Source of the DNA: Candidatus Binatia bacterium
GTDB lineage: Bacteria > Desulfobacterota > Binatia > Bin18
DNA length: 64,000 nt
Direction: 5' to 3'
Assembly: GCA_963664395.2 (NCBI GenBank)
Contig: OY761159.2
Coordinates: 2,912,001 to 2,976,000 of the forward strand
Translations under genes and position numbers: made by a program
Notes under the pieces: model-generated
Seen by the model: only the letters and a program-made list of their open reading frames with translations
What the model was told of the DNA's origin: nothing
Databases searched by the model: none
In this document: piece by piece, positions 42,704 to 52,169 of the stretch
Layout of the letters: each line of letters begins with the position of its first letter
Numbering within the stretch: the stretch's first letter is position 1

Positions 42704-45700
42704 TTCGCAACTTCCCGATGGCATTCACAAGATGTTTTTTCATCGCGTAATCGTGCATCAACGGCGATACGGCCTTCTCCAGTTGTTCTGCACTATTCTT
42801 CCCAGCCGCTACAGTGTGGTGTTGGAGCCCAACTCTACTATTGGTGTACTCAAGTTTTTGGACTCGGTAGAACTGCCTCTCACCGTCTACTTCAACGCTG
42901 ACCAAGTCGTTGATATGTAACGCCATCACGAATTCATACGCTTCGCCGTGGTCGGTCTGAATGACCGGACGTTTCGAGCCGTTGATCCCTCTGGCGCGGT
43001 GGGCGGCTTCCATCGCGGTGACAAATCTCCCTTCATACTTTCCGGTTGCTTGGTGACGGATAATTTCGGCATGATGTGTATTGCCATACGCCATCCACCT
43101 GAACACCTTCCCCTGACGGTCACGTACCCCGAACTTGGTTTTTTTCAGGGTGTCCAAATCGAGGACTTTTAACTGCCGGACCCGGACCCTCTTGATGGGA
43201 GTCGTACCATTCTTGTGAACGACCCTCTTGTCGTCTGCGAAAGCCTGTTTTGGATCATTATCATGGTTCTCCAGATGCGCTCGGACCTGCTGCCGGACCA
43301 CGGGATCGATAATTTTGTCAACCCACGTGACCTTGAAATCCGTATTCAGGACTTGGCGATAGACTGTTCCCGGTCCGTCAACACCGTTGCCCGCGATGAA
43401 CCCGACTCCCGTTTCTTCGTGTAATGCGCCGCTGATCTTCCGTTGCGGGACGTGAGAGACAATCAGCGCTTGGAGTTGGTTGTGCACATCCTGCCTGAAG
43501 GTTTGCCACGGAATATCTATGCGTATATCTCGCAGATTGAGTTCCGAGTGGGAACGTTCGAGTTGCTTGGCCCGCCTCGCCAAACGCTGATGAAAGCCAC
43601 GGTCAATGCAGGCGATGACAGCAGCATCAATGGCGTGGTGGCGATGGTCTGTCCGTTCCTTCTCAGCGCTCGTGCCTATCAGGCTGTTCAAGCCCCATTG
43701 ACGACGGAGCCAACCGGTGAATGCCGCCTTGGGAAACGTGACATCAACTCCCAGGGCGCTCAGATAACGGCCTGCTTCCCGACTGATATAGCGAGTGTCG
43801 GTAAGCTGACTGCCGATAAAGTCTCTGTTTTGTAGCTCGGCTTCTTTCTTGTAGAAACGCTCCCGCTTGGACTTGAGGCTCTTGCCCCAACGACTGATGG
43901 TCTGGGTAATCTGATTCCACTTGTCCCCATTGCTACCGAAGGCGTCCATAGGCGTGCGATTGCGTTTGTCGCGGTTTTCCTCCGTATAGCAAACGACCTT
44001 GTTCATATAGGAGTCGTCCAGCGTCAGGCTGTAAGGCAGGATGTGGTCAATCTCAACCGCTGGCCCGAACAGTTCGGATAAAATGATCTGCCTTCCGCTG
44101 TAGGCGCACTTCTCTTCCTGGTCTTTCCACAGGCGATATTTCAGCTTGTCGCTTCGACTCGGATTTTCGGACAAGCCGAGATGTGCGTTTTTCTGGCGCA
44201 TCTCGGCGTACTTCTGAGCGGCTTCCTCATTGGCCTTGGTGTTCGCATTTTGCTGTTTGCGGAAGGCGGCATATCGCTTGGTATTCATCTCCAGATCGCG
44301 GGCCATTTCAATGCGAACCGCGTCCGGCTTGCCGTACTCGGCAATAACGGCATTCACCACCCGGCGTAGTTCGTGCAATCCTTTTTGCACTATGGGATTG
44401 GCTATTGTTGGCGGCGGGCCAAGACGGTCTTGCGCTGTGATGGATTCTGGTTCGTACCCGTAGCCCACTTCAACACGGGCATCAGAGAGAATTTTTCCCT
44501 GTTCCAGGTAGGGCAGCAGCTTGCGAACAGCTTTGGTCGAAAAATTGCCGTGACCCGGCTCGAACTCCACCATGCAGAGACGTACCGCAGTTGTGGAATC
44601 AAACTGCCAGTGACCTATAAGTCGCTTTTTCAATACGGATTTTTTCTGGATAGTCAGTAGGTCTTCCGCGAGAGCATATTGTTTGTCCCCGGAAAATGCG
44701 TCCCATTCGGGCAGTACCTTACGTATCGCGCAGGCGGTCGTGTTGCCTTTGAGCTTTTTGACTTCGGATCTTTCCAGGTTGAACTCGGTCGTCCGAGCCA
44801 GCCCAAGAGCTTTACGCAATCTGGCAAAAGTGAGCACCGGCGTGTTCTCAAACAGTGTGGCCAAGAGAGCACGGTCTTCATCGCTGAGCGTGCTCCAGGT
44901 TTCTGTATACGAATCAAAGAATTGGAGATTGTTGATGTCCTGGAGGTAACGGAACTTCTGATATTCCAAACGGGCAATTCTCGCTCGTGTGCATCGTGGC
45001 TCTAAGGAACATTTCCCTACTCGGTCATCCTGAAGCTTGAGCGGACGCTGATGGAAAATAATCTGCTCTATTTGTTCCTTTACCGTATCCGTCAACACCG
45101 TGTGGTGCTTTTTCTGTTCCTCCCAAATGGCGTCCAACTCCTCCCGGTACATTTGCCGGTCGGTCCGCAGATGTCCTCCGTCTCGCTGCCGGTTACGCTT
45201 GCTTTGAAGAGGCTCCAGCGAAGAGAGATATTCACCCAGGGTGCGACAACCGGATTTTTTGATCTTTTCTCGCAGATCACTGGTGTCTTTTTTGAACGCA
45301 GTCTCTTCTTTTTCTTCGTCCGTAATGTCGGTCTTGCCATCGGCATTGTCCTCGTCCAACTCGGCCAGAACTGCCTGCACGTCCGGGTCGTCCAACATCT
45401 CCTGACCCAGCAGCGTTTTACGGTTGCTGAGAAACCCCCGTCGTTGCACGAGGTGGAGAAGAACGCGCCCGAGTTCGTGTACACTCAGGGGGGAATCCAG
45501 CGCTTTGGCGCGGAGGGAGTACGGCTCTCCAAGCTCATTCAGAACGCTCTCCGGTTTCGGATGGTCTTTGAGACTGGTCGGCAGCAGATTCAGACTGACC
45601 AAGTAGTTCAGCATCCGTTGGCGGCGTCTGGCGCGTCGCTGCACTACGCGTCTTGCTAATCGGCTGTTACGACGCTTTTGATTCTTAGGCGTTGGTGTCT

Positions 45701-45836
45701 TATCTTCGACGGCTTTATTGAATATGCGCGAGCCGAGATCAATTAACCCGGTTGGTTTCCCAGCGTCGGTTGTTTTGAGGAGCGCCCAGCCTATGGAATT
45801 TGATCCTAAATCCAGTCCCAGAATGTGCTTGCTCAC
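42696..45836 (-). CDS. cas9: Type II-C Cas9 endonuclease (1046 aa)
   Basis: RuvC-I LGLDLGSNSIGWA, Arg-rich bridge helix, RuvC-II IEMARD, HNH EIDHILP..NKV...N, RuvC-III HHAIDA; GTG start with GGGAG RBS. Confidence 0.97.
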   Translation of the reverse strand: MSKHILGLDLGSNSIGWALLKTTDAGKPTGLIDLGSRIFNKAVEDKTPTPKNQKRRNSRLARRVVQRRARRRQRMLNYLVSLNLLPTSLKDHPKPESVLNELGEPYSLRAKALDSPLSVHELGRVLLHLVQRRGFLSNRKTLLGQEMLDDPDVQAVLAELDEDNADGKTDITDEEKEETAFKKDTSDLREKIKKSGCRTLGEYLSSLEPLQSKRNRQRDGGHLRTDRQMYREELDAIWEEQKKHHTVLTDTVKEQIEQIIFHQRPLKLQDDRVGKCSLEPRCTRARIARLEYQKFRYLQDINNLQFFDSYTETWSTLSDEDRALLATLFENTPVLTFARLRKALGLARTTEFNLERSEVKKLKGNTTACAIRKVLPEWDAFSGDKQYALAEDLLTIQKKSVLKKRLIGHWQFDSTTAVRLCMVEFEPGHGNFSTKAVRKLLPYLEQGKILSDARVEVGYGYEPESITAQDRLGPPPTIANPIVQKGLHELRRVVNAVIAEYGKPDAVRIEMARDLEMNTKRYAAFRKQQNANTKANEEAAQKYAEMRQKNAHLGLSENPSRSDKLKYRLWKDQEEKCAYSGRQIILSELFGPAVEIDHILPYSLTLDDSYMNKVVCYTEENRDKRNRTPMDAFGSNGDKWNQITQTISRWGKSLKSKRERFYKKEAELQNRDFIGSQLTDTRYISREAGRYLSALGVDVTFPKAAFTGWLRRQWGLNSLIGTSAEKERTDHRHHAIDAAVIACIDRGFHQRLARRAKQLERSHSELNLRDIRIDIPWQTFRQDVHNQLQALIVSHVPQRKISGALHEETGVGFIAGNGVDGPGTVYRQVLNTDFKVTWVDKIIDPVVRQQVRAHLENHDNDPKQAFADDKRVVHKNGTTPIKRVRVRQLKVLDLDTLKKTKFGVRDRQGKVFRWMAYGNTHHAEIIRHQATGKYEGRFVTAMEAAHRARGINGSKRPVIQTDHGEAYEFVMALHINDLVSVEVDGERQFYRVQKLEYTNSRVGLQHHTVAAGKNSAEQLEKAVSPLMHDYAMKKHLVNAIGKLRND

Positions 45837-45864
45837 GTATCGTCTCCCGTGTATATTCCTCGGC

Positions 45865-45970
45865 AGTGTAACTCACCAAGGCCTGTCGTCAGCTCTTCAT
45901 ACCAAAGAAGTTGTTTCTTCGCAGGCAACGCTTTCAAGCGACCAGAGCCCTCCCAGTGGGGGCTTTTTTT
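45865..45970 (+). ncRNA. tracrRNA
   Basis: AGTGTAACTCACCAAGGCCTGTC is 22/23 identical to the reverse complement of the repeat 3' part; followed by hairpins and a GC stem with T7; TATATT -10-like element at 45852. Confidence 0.9.
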
Positions 45971-45995
45971 ATTCTCTATGGTTGTCGGCGGTGAC

Positions 45996-46060
45996 GCTTG
46001 TTACGGCACCAGCCGTATGCCGATATACACCAGGGTAAAGACCGTCAAAAAGACGATACC
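45996..46060 (-). repeat. Imperfect direct repeat, right copy (functional 3' end of the transporter gene)
   Basis: Encodes GIVFLTVFTLVYIGIRLVP*; partner of 42014-42078. Confidence 0.9.
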
Positions 46061-47311
46061 GGCCCAACTCAGCAGCCGCAGCCAGGGCGGAGGGTGGGCG
46101 GCGGCTGGCACATGGGGGCTGAGGACGAGCCGATGGTTGGCCAGGGCAATAATCGGCGCGACCAGAAATGAGATAACGGTGGCCAGGTCGATGAGCGTGG
46201 TAAAGCTGGTGAGAAACAGCGCAATAATCAGATAGCCGCCAACCGCGCCAATGACGAGCCAGACGTTATACACTGTGCGGCTGTCCTGTCCGTCCTGGCT
46301 CCGAGAAAACAATAATGCCCAGGTGCGGTCCATGGCCCTGGCATAGCCGTCAAAGATGACCAGGGCGGTGCCAAACATGACGGAAAAGGCCGAAGAGGCG
46401 ATGATGATATAGCTCCAGTCCCCGAGCGTTGCGGTGTAGAGCCGAATCACCTCATGCGTGAACTGTGTCCCGCTCTGGTTTGAGAATGACTGCCCGGAAC
46501 CGTACATGATGAACGCCCCCAGCGTCATGAAGCAGACGGCCAGAAACGCCGTCATCACATACGCGACATTAAAGTCGAGCAGCGTCTCGCGCAGGGTCGG
46601 CCGGTAGCCGGTCTGCTTGAAGCGTTCAAGCGTCCAGAGGCTGTTGAGGGCGGATAAATCCAAGGGAGCCGGCATCCAGCCCATGAGGGCAATCAGAAAG
46701 GCAAAGCCCGAGGCGGTCCAGACCTCGGACGAGTAGAAGGCCACCGGCGCGGTCGGACCGCGCAAGAGGGTCAGAACAAAAGCGGTCAGGGTGGAGAGAA
46801 ACAGTACTGTACAAATGACCTTGATGAGGCGGTCCAGGGTGCTGTATTTTCCGACCAGCAAAATGCTGACGCAGCCGACGATCAGGAACAGGGCGGTGTG
46901 GATAACCGGCAGGTCGAGGCCGAGCAGGTTGTTCAGCAGTCCGGCGGTGGTAAAACAGATGGCCGCGATAATAATGGACATCGGGCTGACCGTAATAAAC
47001 AAATAGAGATATAAGGCCCAGTTCCCGAAACGCTTATAGCCATCGATCAGGCTTTCGCCGGTCGCGTTCGCATAGCGCGAGCCGTACTCAAAGGACGGAT
47101 ATTTCAGGAGATTGGCAAGAATAACCGCCCACAGCAGCGCATAGCCATAGTCGGCCCCGGCGCGGGTTGACTGCACTAAATGTGAGACGCCAATGGCGGT
47201 GCTGGCAAAGAGCAGGCCCGGCCCCAGGGTTTTGAGCAGGCGGGAGCGCTGGCTGTCTTCTTCTTTCGGGGCGGTTGTCTCCATAGGAGCAGTCGCTTGT
47301 GTGTTTTCCAT
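46001..47311 (-). CDS. NRAMP-like/APC superfamily membrane transporter
   Basis: LGPGLLFASTAIGVSHLVQSTRAGA, ALMGWMPAP, about 11 TM segments. Start moved to ATG 47311. Confidence 0.82.
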   Translation of the reverse strand: MENTQATAPMETTAPKEEDSQRSRLLKTLGPGLLFASTAIGVSHLVQSTRAGADYGYALLWAVILANLLKYPSFEYGSRYANATGESLIDGYKRFGNWALYLYLFITVSPMSIIIAAICFTTAGLLNNLLGLDLPVIHTALFLIVGCVSILLVGKYSTLDRLIKVICTVLFLSTLTAFVLTLLRGPTAPVAFYSSEVWTASGFAFLIALMGWMPAPLDLSALNSLWTLERFKQTGYRPTLRETLLDFNVAYVMTAFLAVCFMTLGAFIMYGSGQSFSNQSGTQFTHEVIRLYTATLGDWSYIIIASSAFSVMFGTALVIFDGYARAMDRTWALLFSRSQDGQDSRTVYNVWLVIGAVGGYLIIALFLTSFTTLIDLATVISFLVAPIIALANHRLVLSPHVPAAAHPPPWLRLLSWAGIVFLTVFTLVYIGIRLVP

Positions 47312-47491
47312 ACAAAGCCTGGTATGACAATTGTGTGACTGAGGGTTGCAGCAGAGAAACATGACTCTTTCTTGTGTGTCAAGAAGAAGTGGTTGGACTG
47401 CGCTGCCCTTGAGAGGAGAGTTTCCTATGGAAGAGGGGGCTTCCTTTACGGGAACGCCTTTGCGCATAGCAACCCGATAATCGAGCGCCGC

Positions 47492-48877
47492 ATGGATCTT
47501 TCCGCTATCCTCCAAACGATTCCTCACTATCAGGAGTTCCTGACCCTGGAAGAACTGCGTCAAAGTTCCGTCCAACTCGTTGAAGAATTCCCGAACATTG
47601 CTCAACTCGAAAAAATTGGGATATCCACTGACGGACGTCCGATTGAGTTGTTAACCATCGGCTCTGGAACCCGGCACGCGCTTTTCCTTGGAGTGCCGCA
47701 TCCCAACGAACCTATTGGGACGCTGAGTCTGGAATTCCTGAGTCGTTTACTGTGCGAGCAGGACGACCTCAGAGCAGAGCTTGACTACACTTTCCTCATT
47801 GTCAAAGCCATTGATCCCGATGGCTTGGTCCTCAACGAAGGCTGGTTGAAGGGAGAGTTCTCTCCGCTTCAGTATGCCCTCAACTACTACCGCTGCACGG
47901 CCCGGGAACAAGTTGAGTGGGGCTTTCCGATTGACTATAAGACGCTGCATTTTTCCTCGCCATCTGCCGAAACCCAGGTGGTTATGCGGCTGATGCAGGC
48001 GTATCGGCCCCGTTTTTGTCACTCGCTGCATAACGCAAGTTTTTGTGGTGTCTATTTTTACGCCACCCGGAATTGCCCGGAACTGTTCACTCAGTTTCAC
48101 GAACTCGTCGCCGGCCAGGGCCTCCCGCTGCATCACGGTGAACCAGAGGTGCCGTATATCCAACCCTGGACACAGGCCGTGTATCCATTCTTCGGAGTAC
48201 GCGAAGGCTATGACTTCATGGCGCAGCATCTGGACGAAGACCCTGCGCTCTCCATCACGACGGGGACGAGTTCAGCCGATTATTTGAAACAGTACGTCCC
48301 GCAGGCATTGTCGCTCGTGTGCGAACTGCCGTACTTCACCGACCCGGCTATTGCAGATGTCTTGCCGGCAGGTATGTCGCGTCGTGCAGCGCTGCTTGAG
48401 GGACTCCGGCAGGTCGAAGAAATCGTCCAGCTTATTGAAACGCACGTGTCCGCTTTGCAGGCCGGGCTTCCTTCCTCGCGGCTCTCCCGGTCTGTTGCCG
48501 ACTACCTCGACCGAACCCCCAAACGCCTGGCGGCACAGCGGAGACAGCTCGAAGAGATCACGGCATATGCTGAAGAAGCAACCTGTGCGCAGGCCTTTGA
48601 CGCACTCGTCTGCAAGACCTTGCCGCCAACGCTCTATCTGGGCGAAGTATACCGTTTGGCGAAAGAGGGCGGCGAAGAGGGGAGAGCCGCAGAGATTCGT
48701 GGCCACATCGAACAGCAGATCGAACAACTCACGGCCAAGAGCACTCTTCAAGTCCTGCCATTAAAAAAGCTGGTTGCGGTACAAGTTGGAAGTGGGCTAC
48801 TGGCCATGCTACGGAGAGAGACAGAGGCGGACTCAACTGGGCGCATGTCCGAAAAGGGAGGGGAGCCATGGCAGTAG
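47492..48877 (+). CDS. M14 family zinc carboxypeptidase
   Basis: HPNE Zn motif, IDPDG, SLHN, ELPY. Confidence 0.82.
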   Translation: MDLSAILQTIPHYQEFLTLEELRQSSVQLVEEFPNIAQLEKIGISTDGRPIELLTIGSGTRHALFLGVPHPNEPIGTLSLEFLSRLLCEQDDLRAELDYTFLIVKAIDPDGLVLNEGWLKGEFSPLQYALNYYRCTAREQVEWGFPIDYKTLHFSSPSAETQVVMRLMQAYRPRFCHSLHNASFCGVYFYATRNCPELFTQFHELVAGQGLPLHHGEPEVPYIQPWTQAVYPFFGVREGYDFMAQHLDEDPALSITTGTSSADYLKQYVPQALSLVCELPYFTDPAIADVLPAGMSRRAALLEGLRQVEEIVQLIETHVSALQAGLPSSRLSRSVADYLDRTPKRLAAQRRQLEEITAYAEEATCAQAFDALVCKTLPPTLYLGEVYRLAKEGGEEGRAAEIRGHIEQQIEQLTAKSTLQVLPLKKLVAVQVGSGLLAMLRRETEADSTGRMSEKGGEPWQ

Positions 48878-50001
48878 AGAGCAGCCAATACGCAGACGGA
48901 ATGCGGCAGGCTGAGAAAAGACTCCTGGACTTCCTGCGTATAATGGAAGCCCACCTCGAAGGGCTCCATCTTAATCGACTGGCCGAACAGAATGCCCGGT
49001 TAAAAGAAAGACTCGGGGAGACGCTCGAAGCGCTACGGGCAGACCTGGCGCTCTCTTCTCCACCGGAACAGCTGCAAGAGTTCCATACGAAGTTTAGCAA
49101 AGCGGTGCAGCACTGTGCTGATGCCTATGCATTTCTGTTGCATTTTATCAGCCAGGAGTTTGCGATGGATTTCTTGAAAGGGCGGTATGAGTTCTGCCGG
49201 GGAAAATATCTCTTGTATGAACTGCGCGCCGGGTTGCCCATCCTCCAACAATACTGGGTTTTTCCGGATGTCTTGGCAGCTCTTCCAGCTTTGGAAATAC
49301 AGGAGCCCGACCTGGACGTCCCGGTGGGTATTATACGCAAAGAACGGCAGGAGCAGCGTTCAGCCTATTCTCTATATGTGCCTGAGCATTACACGCCGTA
49401 CAAAGAATGGCCGCTCATTGTCTGTCTCCACAGCGGCTATAGTCGGGAAGACGATTACCTGCTGACATGGCTGCGGGCCGCAAAGAGCAAGGGCTATATG
49501 CTGCTTGCCCCGAAGTCAGTTCGGGAAACCTGGTCGGCTATTCGTTTGCCCGGCATTCCTCCAGAGCCCATTCTGGACCGTCGTTCCATCCGCGCGATGC
49601 TGGAGGAGGTCTGGAATACCTATGCGGTGGACCGTCGGCGCATATATCTCACCGGGTTCTCTGACGGTGGGATTTTTACCTATGTTCTGGGGCTGGCGTA
49701 TGCGGATATTTTTGCCGGTATTGCCCCGGTGGCCGGGCGGATTCATCCTGCGATCAATCATCTACTGAATCGCGGTCAAGGCAAAGACCTGCCCATCTTC
49801 ATCGTGCATGGCGAACAAGACCCGATCTTTGCCGTTGATGTCACCCGACAGACACATACCGGGCTGACAAAGCTGGGCTATAACGTGACCTATACGGAGC
49901 TGCCGGATTGGGGCCACGCCTATCCGTACTCAATCAACGAGACGCTGGTGCTGCCGTGGTTCGAGGGCCTGGGGGCAAAGCAACTACTTGGTTCGGCGTG
50001 A
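48868..50001 (+). CDS. Alpha/beta hydrolase (phospholipase/carboxylesterase) with helical N-terminal extension
   Basis: PLIVCLH, GFSDG nucleophile elbow, HGEQD, WGH. Confidence 0.82.
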   Translation: MAVESSQYADGMRQAEKRLLDFLRIMEAHLEGLHLNRLAEQNARLKERLGETLEALRADLALSSPPEQLQEFHTKFSKAVQHCADAYAFLLHFISQEFAMDFLKGRYEFCRGKYLLYELRAGLPILQQYWVFPDVLAALPALEIQEPDLDVPVGIIRKERQEQRSAYSLYVPEHYTPYKEWPLIVCLHSGYSREDDYLLTWLRAAKSKGYMLLAPKSVRETWSAIRLPGIPPEPILDRRSIRAMLEEVWNTYAVDRRRIYLTGFSDGGIFTYVLGLAYADIFAGIAPVAGRIHPAINHLLNRGQGKDLPIFIVHGEQDPIFAVDVTRQTHTGLTKLGYNVTYTELPDWGHAYPYSINETLVLPWFEGLGAKQLLGSA

Positions 50002-50070
50002 GGCATCAAGGGCGTAATAGGCCAGGACGCCGGCAAACGCCAGGGAAACAATGGAGACAATAATATCCAT
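49984..50070 (-). CDS. Putative 28 aa single-TM small protein
   Basis: GGGAG RBS then MDIIVSIVSLAFAGVLAYYALDASRRTK. Confidence 0.45.
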   Translation of the reverse strand: MDIIVSIVSLAFAGVLAYYALDASRRTK

Positions 50071-50102
50071 GTTACAACTCCCGTAAGCTTTCGATCCGGG
50101 TA

Positions 50103-50693
50103 TCAATTTTGCCCGCCCCAGCGTGAAAAGATATGAAACAAGCGCTGGCCGACGATGCCGATAATTGGCGGCAATAAAATACTCGGAAGGGCGCGCGCGG
50201 CGGTAAACGGCCAGCCCAGAAACGGGATTTCCCAGGTAAACATCCGGGTTGGGGAGAGGAGGGTTTTTGCGGTAATAAAGGCCAAGAGGGGGCCGACGGC
50301 GACCCCTTGCTTCAGTAACGAAGCCGCGATTGGAAAAACCACATAGGGACCCCCTGGCATCACCAAGCCGATAAGCCACCCGAGTAAGATTCCCTTGATG
50401 CCGGACTGTTCTCCCATCCACTGGACCAGGGTTTCTCGCGGCAGGAGGACGTTAAAAAATCCGGCAAAGCAGCATCCCAAGAGTAACGGCAACCAGACTT
50501 CCTGGAGGAGGCTGAAAGCCGACTGCACACCCTTGAGGGAAAGATCCGGGCTTTTGGTAAAGGCGATAATAGCCAGTACCAGGGTGAGGCCGCCCATAAT
50601 GAGAACGCCGGCGTTCATACGCTTCTTTCCTTTTTGTCCCTGAGGCGGCCCTTTCCCGGCTGGGCCGGTCGTATGCGTTGGTGTGTCACTCAT
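50103..50693 (-). CDS. Predicted permease (DUF318/ArsP-like half)
   Basis: WMGEQSGIKG..PGGPYVVFPIAASL, WEIPFLG. Start is 50693 or 50618. Confidence 0.75.
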   Translation of the reverse strand: MSDTPTHTTGPAGKGPPQGQKGKKRMNAGVLIMGGLTLVLAIIAFTKSPDLSLKGVQSAFSLLQEVWLPLLLGCCFAGFFNVLLPRETLVQWMGEQSGIKGILLGWLIGLVMPGGPYVVFPIAASLLKQGVAVGPLLAFITAKTLLSPTRMFTWEIPFLGWPFTAARALPSILLPPIIGIVGQRLFHIFSRWGGQN

Positions 50694-50707
50694 GCATGTT
50701 GGAGACA

Positions 50708-51805
50708 TTAAGCCGAGAGTCGCCGGCTGGTATGCAGGTCGCGATACACGAGGGTGGTAGTTTCCTTGGGAGATTCTTGGGCCGCCTTGACGACGATGTC
50801 GTGCTGCGGTGAGAGGCCACACACCGGATCAGCCGCCGCTGCATCGCCAGTCAGCAGAAACGCCTGACACCGACAGCCGCCAAAATCAACGGCTCTTTGG
50901 GCGCAACTCCGACACGGCTCCTGCATCCAGTCTTCGCCCCGATAGGCATTGAGCGCTGGTGAGTCCTGCCAGATCTCAGTCAGCGACTTGTCTTTTACGC
51001 TCTCGAAGGTGAGGTGAGAAATCGCGTGTGCCGCATGGCAGGGTAAGACGACTCCAGTGGGAGTGATGACCATATAGCTGCGTGCCCACCCACCTGAGCA
51101 GGCCTTGGGCCGGTCGCCAAAATAGTCGATTTTGACAAAGACGATTTCCATCGTGCCCCGATAGCGCGTGCGGGCCTCACGGGCGAGCTGCTCTGCTTGG
51201 TCGTACTGCTCTCGGGTCGGCATGAGCGCGCTACGGTTCTCCAACGCCCAGGCGTAGTACTGCGTATTGGCCAGTTCGAGCCGCTGGGCTCCAAGCTCTG
51301 CGGCCTGCCTGATAATCTCTGACACGCGCTCAATATTGAGACGATGCAGGGTGATATTAATCGTGAGAGGAAAATCCAGTTTCCGAATCGATTCCGCACT
51401 GGCTAATTTCTTATCGTACGCGGGCATGCCGGCAATCAGGTCTGCGGTGCGCTGATCGGTGTCCTGTATGCTTAACTGGATATGTTCGAGTCCGGCAGTC
51501 TTCAGTTCCTTGAGCCGGTCTTCGTCCAGCAGGGTGCCGCCTGTTATCAAGTTCGTGTACAGGTCGCACGCCTGGGCATGCTGTACCAGGGGGAGAATAT
51601 CTTTACGAACCAGGGGTTCACCGCCAGAGAGGTGGAGTTGGACCACGCCGAGATCTGCAGCCTCCGTAAACGTCTGACACCACTGCTCGGTGCTGAGCTC
51701 ATCCAGCATGGCGTGGAAATCTACCGGATTAGAGCAATACACACATTTGAGAGGACAACGGTAGGAGAGTTCGGCAACGACAGTGTAGGGACGCGGCGTG
51801 TTCAT
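50708..51805 (-). CDS. pqqE: PQQ biosynthesis radical SAM protein
   Basis: ELSYRCPLKCVYCSNP, ANTQYYAWA, SPASM Cys motifs. Confidence 0.96.
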   Translation of the reverse strand: MNTPRPYTVVAELSYRCPLKCVYCSNPVDFHAMLDELSTEQWCQTFTEAADLGVVQLHLSGGEPLVRKDILPLVQHAQACDLYTNLITGGTLLDEDRLKELKTAGLEHIQLSIQDTDQRTADLIAGMPAYDKKLASAESIRKLDFPLTINITLHRLNIERVSEIIRQAAELGAQRLELANTQYYAWALENRSALMPTREQYDQAEQLAREARTRYRGTMEIVFVKIDYFGDRPKACSGGWARSYMVITPTGVVLPCHAAHAISHLTFESVKDKSLTEIWQDSPALNAYRGEDWMQEPCRSCAQRAVDFGGCRCQAFLLTGDAAAADPVCGLSPQHDIVVKAAQESPKETTTLVYRDLHTSRRLSA

Positions 51806-51817
51806 GCATGACTCCGA

Positions 51818-52141
51818 CTATTGCTCTGGCTTGCTTTCGAGGCCGGTTTCCAAGAGACCACGTTCATGAATGCGGGTGAGTAACTCACCGACATGTTCTT
51901 CAATCTGTTCCCCTTTTGCGTCGGCAAATTGCTCACCCAGCATATCGATAATATCGGAGACGCTTCGTTTGCCGTCACATAGTTTGAGCACTTCGGCCGC
52001 GGTTTGATTGAGCATCAGGGCTGCTTCCGGGAAGATCAGCATGTATTGCTTGTCCACTTTATCCCAGCGCAGCCGCGCTTTTGAGGCAAGACGCGGCTTC
52101 CAGTTTGCCAATGTGTCTAATGTGTCTCGTGCCGTCGCCAT
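51818..52141 (-). CDS. pqqD: PqqA peptide chaperone
   Basis: LIFPE...LNQTAAEVLKLCDG; operon position. Confidence 0.92.
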   Translation of the reverse strand: MATARDTLDTLANWKPRLASKARLRWDKVDKQYMLIFPEAALMLNQTAAEVLKLCDGKRSVSDIIDMLGEQFADAKGEQIEEHVGELLTRIHERGLLETGLESKPEQ

Positions 52142-52169
52142 GCCAACAGTTCCCTTTTATTCAACCTGC

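Noticed and set aside
42696-45836. Catalytically dead Cas9, IscB or a CAST-type system
   Set aside because: Catalytic residues are present, size and REC lobe fit II-C Cas9, and no tns genes are present.
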